Source: Iphione sp. A-MEVVRFRX5 (taxonomy: Eukaryota). Taken from it: a DNA stretch of 64,000 nt. The notes below the pieces were generated by a model. The model saw only the letters and a list, made by a program, of their open reading frames with translations, made no database searches and was not told the origin of the DNA. The position numbers and the translations under genes were made by a program. Below are positions 28,201 through 40,200 of this stretch, piece by piece (within the stretch, counting starts at the first letter, position 1; each line of letters begins with the position of its first letter). The stretch is taken from contig OZ320313.1 of assembly GCA_976226885.1 (NCBI GenBank), forward strand, positions 75,268,001 to 75,332,000, read 5' to 3'.

Positions 28201-31200
28201 CATTAATTCTGTTGAAGTGGTTGTCATATGTACTGACTCTAGGGTGACCAAGGTCACTACTCATATTGAGTCTGTTCTAGGTGAAGAGGCCAATATCATT
28301 TGTAGCGTGGCCCCAGTCTTGGAGAAGGTTACTGACCTTACCAGGGCATCTATATATGGTAAGAACCACTTCAGAGGCTTGTAAGATGTGGTTTATCTTT
28401 TAAGGTGGATAGGATCAATATGTGGGGCATATACTGCTAAGCAAGATTTAAGATAGTGACGTGTTAATCTGCCTTATCTTGCTCAACCTTTTACTTATTC
28501 AGAAGTTCAGTAATGTTTTGTATACTGATGTTTTTGAGTTCAATTACAACACATGGATTGTTAGGGGTAGATGGAAGGTGCATGAGAGTTTGTTGCATAT
28601 TACAATGCTAGAGTTTTAGGGGGTATTGTTAGCTTTAAGGAGTTGTTTGCGGATAATGACAGATTTAAAGATAAGGTAACATGTGATAATACTATTGTCA
28701 TTTATGTGAACAAGAACAAGTGCCTTTTGGCTAGTGTAGTGGCCCATAAGTATTGGATTTTTAATGATAAAAGACATGCTTTTGGCATGGCTTTCCATAT
28801 TCTGAGCATTTCTAATGTGCAGGCAGATTATTCATCCAGACATTTCCATGATAATTTGGAGTGGTGTATTTGTGGTCAGTTCTTGGGGAACCCCTGATAT
28901 TGATTTGTTTGCCTCTAGGCTTAACCATGGAATGCCTGAGTATGCTAGTTGGCATCCTAATCCAAGAGCTTTGTTTGTAGATGCTTTTTCCCAGGATTGG
29001 TGTGGGCTTCAAATGCCTTTTATCCATCCTTCATTCAGTTTTGATTCTTTGGTGCATTTTCAAAGTGGTGCAGAACTGTCCAAGGTCATGGCTGCTGGTG
29101 CCTATCTGGCCTTACATGGCCTGGTAGAGCAGGCTCCTCCTATTTGCCTAGCAGCCTCCTCTGCTCCGAAAGTCCAAACTTAACACCCCAGACCATCTAG
29201 TACACCCATATAAGCTTTGGACTATAAAAATTATGGCCCCTCTTTGTTAAATGCAGCCCTGAACGGAAAGGATTTGTCTGCTTCTGTGAGAACAGTGATG
29301 ATGTGCTCTTGTAGGCCTAAGACCAGGTTGATCTGTACACATGTACCTGAAGAGGTAGAATACTTGAAGCTTTGAGAAGAACTGGGATCCCTTGATTCCC
29401 ACTCGTTATGTTCTCACTCAGACTCATATTCGCACACACATACTGTCACTCACATTCATGGTCTCATTCATACTTGTGCTCTTTCGTGAACATGAGTAGG
29501 AGTATGAGTGACAACATGAGTGACAACATGACTATCAGTGAGGACATGAGTGAGAGTATGAATAAGACCATTAGTGTCAGTGAGAACATGAAGGGAGTGC
29601 AGGTGTTAATGAGAGGATAAATATGAGTGAGAACATAACAAAGTATGTGTGTGAGAGTATGGGTGTGAGTGAGAACATAAGTAAGAATAATAGTGAGAAC
29701 ATAAGTGTTAGTAAAAGCATGAAAAGAGCAGGAATATGAATGAGAACATGAGTGTGATTGAGAATATATTGGAGAGTATGAAGATAGAGTGACCCAGTAC
29801 AAAGGTGGGTAAAGAGAAAAACTGTAATAACTTGTCCACTATTGCACTTAGAAGGACAGGACTTGAACCAAAATGCTACCAACCAAATCACACAGGTGAT
29901 AGAGGTGGCATCAGGTGACCTAGTCAAGAGGTGGGTAAAGAGAAAAAACTGTGATAACTTAGAAACTATTGTGCATAGAAGGATGGGACTTCAACCAAAA
30001 TGCCCCAGAGCAATGGATGCAGGTGACAGGGGATTGTCAGGATGACCCGGTGTATGGATGTGTGGAGAGAAAACTACAATTTCTTGGCAACATTTAACTC
30101 ACGTACAATTTCAACATTATAGAGGAAGAATATGACCTCCATTTGCAGCCCTGGCTGCACCTGTTACTTGTTATCCATGGAAAAGGCTCTGTATCTGTAG
30201 AAAAATACCCATATCATAGCAATCATGCTCAGCTTTCACGTGCCCATATCTACAGATACGAAATCGTATACATAGGTTGCCGATCTGTCAGCAATGGATT
30301 TTTTTTATGGATACGGGCCCGTACTCCATAGGAACCAGTGGTAGAGAAACATCTTGTTATCATATGTGGGCAATTAATTTATGGATCAGCAGGAGGTCAC
30401 CGGACCTGTAGATGTGCTTTTGGTATGGATATATGTGAACGGCACCTTATATAATTTCTGTGGTATCCTGTCAATATAAGCCATGTTGCAGTTTATTTAC
30501 CTTGTAAGTTGAGTCATGTGAAGACTCAAATTATGGTACCAAGTTAATTACATGGGTAATGGCCTCATTTAAATCCAGCAAAGACTTAGGCCCGGTTTCC
30601 TTACCTGCGGGAGAGTGTGGGAGCGTCACCATGCGTTGATTTATTTCCCGCAGTCCTCCGCAGTCTCCCGCAGAGGGGTGTCCTTGTTTCACCCTGCGGG
30701 AGGCTGCAGGAAATGACGGGAAAAATGATGAAAAGGATGAAAATGATCCTAAATGCTCCGAAAAACGGTGAAAATGACGGGAAAATGTGTGGAAAATGAT
30801 GAAAATGATCCTAAATGCTCCAAAAAATGGCAAAAATTACGGGAAAACGTGCGGAAAAGGATGAAAATGATCCTAAATGCTAAAACAAACGGCAAAAATG
30901 TGCGGAAAAATTCAGGAAAAATTCGGAAAAAAAACGGCATGGTGCGGATATGTGTGGAAATCGCATCCAAAAGTGAAGAAATGTGAAGAAATATGAAGAA
31001 ATATGGGTGCGTTGCCCTGCGTTGTCGTGCATTTGCAGCAAATTTATGGGAAGGGATGGAAAACAGGCAACGCACTTCACCGCACACGTACTTCACCGCA
31101 GGTATGGAACACCCTAGACTCTTAACAGTGGGTTCAATAAAATTGCATTTCACCCCACTTCACCGCACACGCACATCGCCGCACATATGGAAACCGGGGC

Positions 31201-34200
31201 TAACGGAGGGTCTGAAAAATTGAGTGGGACAATCCATATATTTGTGTGTATATTTATTATATGTAAATATTAAATAGAGAAGTGAAGTAAGCTTTTTACC
31301 AGTGTTGAAATAGGGTGAGGAGAGAAAACGGTTAATTTGCTTATTGCCCCCATGCATCGTCCATAGTCTCCATGCATTGCCTTTTGTCTCACCCTTCTTC
31401 ACCAGGACCAAAACATTTGTATACAGAAAAAAAAACTCTGCCTTACAGAAATCCTTTTCCGTGAAGGTATGTTGTGTAGTATGTTTTTCAAAACGGAATA
31501 ATGTACCTCATCACCTTAAGCATCCCAGGCAAATATTCAATATGGGACAAAAATGTGCCTGATGAGACAACAGTCGAAACGGTGTTATAGGGGTCAAATA
31601 AATTACCATGCCCTGTGCTAAGAGAGGCACCATAGTGCGACCCAGACACAACAAAGTCACCAGAGCATATAAAAAGAACAAGGGACACAGCTGGTAAGCT
31701 CACAATAATTCGGTTGCACTCCCAGGAGCTTAGAGCCTAGCCACGTCTTGTTTTCAAAACACTTACAAGTACATTGTGACCACTTTATTTCCCATAATCC
31801 CCATGTATTTCATGACTGTCGCCACCCATTCGCCATAGTCCCCATATGTATTTGTACTTTAGATCTGTGCCCATGCCACATAGCTTGCTGGGATTTTACT
31901 CTTCTTACCTATTGCATTTTTCGCGTGCTGCCTATATTTGTAATGATTCTTCTCTTGTCACGAAATGTTTTAATTGTAGGTTACGGCAGAAGATATGCAC
32001 ACAGCGCAGGAGGTTTTGAAAAATATAAAAGCAAAATGTGCTGATGTGAACAGCCAACTATCAAAGATATCTGAGAGCATGGAGCAATCAAATATCCAGA
32101 TTGGAAAGGTAACCTTGTTACGTCATTATTTTAAGATGTGGCTGATATAATCCATACTACGGGATATACACTTCATGAAATTATGCTCAGTGATTTTCAT
32201 CGTTTGGTTTCGGTGCATACTTTTTTTAGTTTGTTTAGATGAAACATGTTTCCATAGTATCGACCTTGGACTAAGCCAACCCAAAGTAAATGGACACTGT
32301 TGGTGGGGGGCAGTGTATTTCTCCTCCGTTTATGTCCTCACTTCGAAAAGGAGTAGGGGGCCTTTGAATCACTGCTGTCTGACCGTGCGACCCTCTGTCA
32401 CTACCTTGTGGTTCATATAACTAGAAAGCTATAGCTAATGAGTTGGAGGGACAGTGTAGTCCCTCCCGTATTTCATTTCACATGTCTGTAGTTTAGAGGA
32501 GTTACACTAGGTGGCCCCCCATAATTCCAGAGAGACCAGTATAGGCTCCCGCGTGGACAATAAGTGCCCTAACCCTCTACACTTCTATGTAAGAGAGTGT
32601 GAGGGGAGGCACTTTCTCTTGTTCCTTGTATCCTTGCCCTGGAATAAAGTTAATTCACTACTTCAAGTTAAGTCATTCCCCCAGAGTGGCCGCAACAATA
32701 TTCAATACTGTGGATTTGCTCACGCCATGAGCGAGTTTGAGTAGGCTTACGCTGAGTTCTATGATTACATATAGTTAAGAAGTACCAAATCAGACTAGTA
32801 CTTTCATGTTTTATTCTTCCCTTACTCTGGATAGGCATTGGTCTGACGTACTTTCTGACCCTCAGTCTGAAACTTGTGGCCTCATCAACTCTGAAACTGA
32901 ACCTCTTAGATTTATACACAACGATTTCCTCTGTAGACCCTTGACATAATTTCTTTTGAAGATAACAGGCACAGACTATGAAAATTTTTCTATCCGTTTA
33001 CACGTTGTTGAAGGACTCCTTACACCTTCAATATTAGTAGCGAGGTAAACCCTCGCTATGTCAGTCAGCTTTCTATAGAGTACCATTTTACGTTCATTTG
33101 CTTAACTGTAATGTTTTCAGTCGGAGTTTTTTTTAAGTAGCTTCATCATCAAGGCAAGCATAGTGTGAAACCCTGATGTAAATACAAAGCGGGTATGATT
33201 TTGTACACTTCTTTATCTATAATTTAGGTTTAGTTTATGTGTCGGTATATATTTACCACTGCATATAAAACTGGAATTGGAATTTATATTCGTCGTCTTA
33301 TTTTCTTTCAGGGCATAAGTCTATTGGAGGTCAAAAATCAAATGTTGATGAGTTACATAGTGAATTTAAGTCATTTGATGTGCGACAAGATAAATGGGAA
33401 CTCCATCAAAGGGCATAGTTCAGTTGATCGTCTTGTGGAGATTAGAACGGTGAGTAATCAGACACCTATTGGAGGATTCCGCTGCTCCTTTTTTGGGGAC
33501 ATGTAAAGCCAACTGACCGTCACTACTGTACTTTACTCAGTAATACGGGTCCAGTAGTGTCGTGTTTGTATTCTCAGACCTCCCTACATTGTGGTGTCAT
33601 TGCACATCTAGGGCACCGGGACGTCATTTGCTCAAATTCATATAAATCTGAAGAGTTAAAGAAAGAACTACATGTGTTACCTGAAAAGTATGTTTGAAGT
33701 TCTGTGGTAGAATGATTGTATCTTTGCTACAAGGAAAATCCATGAATCTAAAAACCTCATGGACATTCTTGTCAAGGCCAAGGTACCAAAGATACCAGAC
33801 CTGCGTCCTACAGTATGTACTGATCGCCTAAATATATACCGTATAACAAACTGTTGATACTGCACGAAATTGTATCGTAGTTTGTACCTACAGCAACAGA
33901 GACTATTGCAAAATACAGTATATTTTGCAAAAGCTCTAACCTCATGTACTGTATAAATTGCACGAGTTCTAGGAAACAGCTTGTGGGACAAACTCAAAAC
34001 AGGCTAATGAATAGATTCAAGGGCCGTTTTGGAAATATAACAAGGCAGAACAAGTGCACAAGTGTATCTGATTAGTTTAACTCAGATTCACAATTGGGTA
34101 TTGATGATATAGAAATCCACATTGTGGATTTCATATACATGCATCCAGACAGCACCAAAGCCAAACAACTAGGAGATCAAATCCAATGCAATTGGATTCA

Positions 34201-37200
34201 ACGTCTTCACACAACAGCCCCTTCAGCGTTGAATGTGCTGGATTCTGTATATGGATAGAGCCAGAAAAAGCATTCAGCATTGCCTCATTAAAAATTGTTT
34301 ATGATCAGTGCGGAGTAACTCCTAGCTCAGATTATCCTAGCAGAGGGAAGCATAAATACACTTGTAATCAGTTATTTGAAAAAAAAACCCTCAGGTCTTG
34401 AGTAAAATTTAAAGGTTGGGACAAACATACTGTCCGTAACGTGAGATGAATGCATCTCTATAGACAAAGCCACCCCTATGGTGACATTTCAGTCTCCAGG
34501 GTTAACAGTCTAAAAGCCAACAATAACTAGCAGGCCCTATGAAGAAATTAAGATGAGTGATGTCAGATGAGATATAATTCGAAACCTTAAAGGTAATCTA
34601 CAATTTAGATTACCAACTAGTGCCAAATATAAAATGTTGTCCATTGATATGGCAACCAATCAACATGTGATAACACAACAACAGAAACATTAGTCACCCA
34701 CATATCTCCAGGACAACCTCTGTCATATGGAAGGTTTTGAGATGAAAACGTAAGTTTGATTATGGTCGCATCACTGAGTGTTAGTATAGCTACTTTTATC
34801 ATTAAAAAATGATTTTATCCCTTGCCATTGCCACCAATAAAATAATGTGATACTACAAATTCAGGAGAGCCTCAATATATAGGTAGATAATGTTTTCTTT
34901 TCCAGGTATTGGAGAAAATGCGGCCCATTGAACAGAAATTGAAGTATCAAATCGATAAACTAGTGAGAACAGCAGCGACTGGAATAGGTAAAACCTCTTT
35001 TGAGTGTTACAAAATTCTTGGTTAGTATGAAATGAATTGATTGATGAGTGAACCGTATGTAGGAAGAAAGAAATATTAATGAATGTTCTCTTGTTCCTAT
35101 CAGTTCTTTTCAAGTTTAGTACAACGCACATATATTTCGAGTTATAGCTTAAACATAACGTTATTGTGTCTTTCAGGAGAAAATGATCCCCTAAAGTACA
35201 AACCAAATATTGATGGTTTGGTCTCGAAGGTAAGTAGGGTCGATTCCCAGTAATACAACCAAACATGTTCCAAGTATTTGTGTTTCCCAATGTGTTTATG
35301 CATGCTGTTATGATAATGCTATGAGATTGAAAAGAAATGGCAAGTTAGTGCTTGTTATAGAAATCATGAGGTATTTTATCAGCATGGTATAAGTACATGT
35401 TAATGAATTTCAAAGTAGTAAATATATATGTAGTCTGCAACATTGGTCATTTATTGATATTAAGAACTCATTTTAAATGTACATATCTTAGACTTCCACT
35501 CTATTAGCAATGCCAGCTTAACAGTATATTCACTGGTGCCAGTGAAACAGAAACGCTCGTTGATGGGTGTATTGTTGAACTCTTCCCTGTTTTTGAAACA
35601 GGAACCTGTTGATTTTCAATAATCTTTCCTAATTAAGCAGAGTGAACCATCAAGGTGTGGTCACATCACTTATCCAGCCAGTTTAAATGGAACTAAATAG
35701 ATTTCATATACATTATAATTCCTCTGACTAATCGTGCTATTCCAGCCAAATCAGGAACCATTGGTGACCGCGTTAGTTAGGTTCGACTGTAACACATGTA
35801 AAATCGTACAGAGTATACATGTATGTGTATATTTCATAAAGTACATGCCTATATCATTGAGATAGGCACGTGCTATTTGCTGTTATAAACAGAATGAAAA
35901 TACCGTACATTTTATGGACACTAGCTGGACAATGCTGAGGAGCTGAGCGAAGAAGAAGGTGCTGGAGGTGACAGTGAAACAGCGAAATATAAACCACCTA
36001 AACTGGCAGCAGCATACTTTGGTAAGGCTCCTTGCGGAAATCTGAGGTATTGTACGGCTGCAGGTACATGCAGCAGTTGCACTGAGCAGTTGGGGGTTCC
36101 CGTTCTGTCCTTGCCGATTCTCCCGTCATGCTCCTCTCTCTTTCTTACATCTTGGAGCCTTTACCCTATGGCATTTTCTTATAACTGTTTAAAGTTAATT
36201 TTAAATCAGATGGCATGTAAGAAAAAGCACTGAGAATGAAGAATCTGACAAATATTATTGGGTTGGGAGTTAGCTCAGTTCGTAGAGCACTGGCCCACTG
36301 ATTTCCTGGTATTCTGGTCTCTCAATTCTCAATAATAGATGGTAGTATGCTACCCCAGGAGAATATGGAAGAACCCTGTCACGATGATAGGTGAATATCT
36401 AGAGTTCCTGATAAAAGATACAATGAAATGGAAATGAAACTTGATATAGGTCTTTTCAGCTTTGAACTTTGTTCAACCCCTTTGTTTATCAAACAGATTA
36501 TAAATAAATGTGCTTTCAAATGATGCCACGAAGAATCTGGGTCATATTTTCACTTTTATGGCATTATTTATTCGTATGTATATGTTATGTACTTTTATTC
36601 TTGTTCTGCTGATGTTCTTCAGATGAAGATTCGGCTGCCACTCGTCAAAGCAAGATGCTCGAGCGAGTCAAGAAGCGAGCCCTTAGCTCCAGTATCATTC
36701 GTGACTTGAAAAATCAATATTCAGAGGCACCAGAGGAGATCAGGGTACTTTTGTCTATAATGTTGTCCAGATTTATGATAGGTTGCATGATATTTACTTA
36801 TATATGCGTTTGGGGTATGTATCAATGAAAGTTGATAACAGGCTGCCTCAAAATTAAACTCAAAGAGTAAATATTGAAGTAAATTTCCCTTGCGTAATAA
36901 AAGTTATGCTCAAATAAGCTGTGTAGTGAAACCATTGCACAAACATGTTTTAATATGTGCACATCTGTAACATCTGTGTTATTTTAATTATAGGATGATT
37001 ACAACTACCACAGAGTGAAAGTGGACAGAGCAGGCAAGGAGAGACAAGAGTAAGCTAGCTTCATCGTTAATCCTAAAGAGGTCTCTTTCCCATATTCAGC
37101 CTCTACCGTATCGATCTACAGAAGCCTAGGGGTTTCCTTTTACGGTTTATTGGCATTGCCGTATCAACAAAGGGGATTTCTATAAGGGATGATCAGTAAA

Positions 37201-40200
37201 GGAATACGAGAGTATCTTTTACATTGTCAGGTTAGAATTGTTCTATTTTAGATTGGAAAATGTTTATATAATTATAAATTTAGTAAATTGTTGATGATAT
37301 GTGTTCTTCGGTTCCAGGTATGAGGAAAAGTACTTTTTGCGAATGCAGGTTTCGAAGAAAGAGAAAGTAAGTCATGAATAGGTTGCTTGATAGATACCTA
37401 AAGAGCAGTGCAATTTGAGAATACTGGGAGCTCTAACCTCCTCTTGTTTCATATACTTTGCTGCTGGCCGACGTTTTCCTTCGCACCATACTTAACTGTA
37501 TCAGGACACCTCCCAATGCCTTGAGATACAGTCAGGAATGATTATTTTGAGATAACCAGCCACCAAGGACTGACCCAGTAATGATGCTTTTAGATTTATG
37601 CGAGTGAAACATACAAAAGATTCAAAACAAAAGTACATGTATTGCAAGTATTGAAGGAGTATACCTTTTAAAATCTTCACGTTTCCTTAAAATAAAAGAA
37701 CTGAAATGTATCCAATTAGATGCATGCATACATTTATAAATAATCTAATGAGATACATTAGCCTTTTCATTGCGTATCTGTTCATGTAGATACAATAGGA
37801 TGTCTCTGTCAGGCCCTACTCTGATTCTAACCTAATTTCCAGCATTCTCAGCGGCAGATGCGAACCATGAATGGCCTGAACGAGCTCACACATTTTGGTG
37901 ACATCAGCTCTCTGGCAGGTGCTGGTGCAGCTGAAATGGAGGTAAGTAGTCGAGTGCCTCTCAAAGAATGCATCTGAACTACTGTGTATTTAAAAGTGTA
38001 TTTAAAACGTGGAGGATACCTCGGTCATGCAGAACGTGACCTGCCCCATCCACTTAGGCCTTGTTGCACGTACCTTGTCATTCCTCTGTGAGTTTAGGGG
38101 CATATGATCAGCATCAAGAAAGAGATTATCACAAATTTCATTTGTAAGACATTTCCATGCATTCCTTTAATATTTGCATGATTTCATTATTTTTTCTAGG
38201 GAGGCGGGGTCCCGTCTAAGAAAAGAAAATTGTCAAAGAAGGTAGGTTTACAACTTGGCTTTCACGCTCATGTTTATGATGAAAAAACACTTTCATTTTG
38301 TCATTATTTGCATATTCTAGCATGGGGTCTAAAGCCTCAATCCTGTCCCATTGGACATGCATGTTTAAGTTGGTGGCCTCCTGTTTCAAGCAGACTCAGG
38401 GTGTTGTTTATTTTGCTAGAAGCTGCAACCATACCTGCATGTTGAATCTTGTTGTGCCCCACCTCATAGAGAGGGGAGACCTTAGGGCTGCTGCTGGCTG
38501 ACTGTTCTACCACTCTTGGGGCGATTTCAGGGAATTGTCCCATAGTAACGATTGTCTTTCCCATACTTTTGTCAGGAGACAACCACACAGGTAGGCAAAA
38601 TGTAATTGGCTTGAAAAATCCATAATGGCGGATGCTTGAAGACTTGATTCAAAAGTTTGGGAGGATATTATGATTAATGTCCAGACTGAAACGGCTAATA
38701 AATGCTATTAGCTTATAGATAAATTAGTTTTAAACCAACTTTGAGCACAGGTTACTTACATGTTGCTTCTACAAACCACTATGGCGTCTATATGTTTCAT
38801 GTCAACAAGACGTATTGAGGTCACATGATACAAAAACATATACAAAAACTCACGCTTCAACGTGAATTGGGGAGAGGTTGTTTTTAGACCAATGAAATTC
38901 TTGGTGGAAATGTAAATAACTAAAATGGCAGTTGTTGAGTGTGTTTTTGTCTTAAGACAAACCAGAACCACTTTCACCCTCAACCTGCGGTCTCGGGCAA
39001 CGTGGTTAAATTACCGGACAACTTTTAAGAATGCGTACCTAAACCTATAGTCCAACCTTCTGTCACACTCTTTTGGGTCTTATAAGTCTAAAACCTTTCA
39101 GTCAAATTGAATTTGATATATGATACCTATGTACAAAGGATATTCCAAAGCAGAACGATTGCCGTTTCCGCTAAAATCGTTCGGATTTCAGAAAATTCAG
39201 ATTTCAAATAGTGGCCCAAGGCCACTGTCGTTTTTAGTCTATTAAGTTTAGCCCTAGGACCTACCTCAAGACTCTAAAAGTTAGCCAAATTCATCTGAAA
39301 ATTGGCAAAAGTCAGCCAGCCCAATTCGTCTGAAAATCAGCAAAAGTCAGCCAAGTTTGTCTGAATGTTAGATGCTCTGTGCTTTGTTCTCTTACTATAG
39401 GAGGTCACGGCCCACATGTCACTCTTATGTAATCATTTCACACGTCTGTTTTAACCTTTGTTAGATGCTCTGCACTTTGTTCTCTTACTTTCTCACGGCC
39501 CGCATATCGTTGTTATCATTTTGCACGTCTGTATTTGACTTTTAACCTATGTTAGACATTCTGCGGCCTGCATATCATTATGCAATAGTTCTGCATGTCT
39601 GTACAATCGGCAAAGTGCAGCACATTCGTCCGGGAATCGTTCGGATTTTGGATAGAAATGTTTGGTTATATGAGTGTCTAAACAGAGAAAAATGTTTGGT
39701 TCCCAGAAATATTGATCATTCGGTTTTGGGAGAATTCGGTTTTTGAGTGTTCAGATTTCGACTATCATCTGTATACAGACCCATGGTGCTAGGTAATTTT
39801 GGTAGTAATGCAATTATTCTAAAGACAAAATTATGTCAGTTTTACTCTTTTATTAACACACCCACCAACATACATACCTTGTTTAGGGATTTCTAGGTCT
39901 GACAGTGCACTCACATGCACACACACACATTCACCAATAATGTCGATGAGATAAGGGAATTGTCCTTGAAGATGTTACGGTAGGTTTTACATGTATGTGT
40001 TGTTCAAGCTTACAGATATGTTGAAGTGAGTGCCTTTGTGTGCGGACATTGTTCTATGGCCCAGGATGAGTGTGAACACAAGGGGATGCCTTACCAATGT
40101 ATTCCTATACTACCCTCCCCAACTCGTGAGCTCATGCAATCCCAACTCATGAGCTCATGCAATCCCCCCCAAGTAACGCCGAATGGAGCATTTGCCGTAG

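Noticed and set aside
29408-31153. Several 60-134-aa ORFs
   Set aside because: They arise from the minisatellite, the duplication and the MITE tandem array.
36265-36340. tRNA gene
   Set aside because: Only the 5' half (A box) is tRNA-like; there is no T-loop/B box or acceptor stem, so it was called a SINE remnant.
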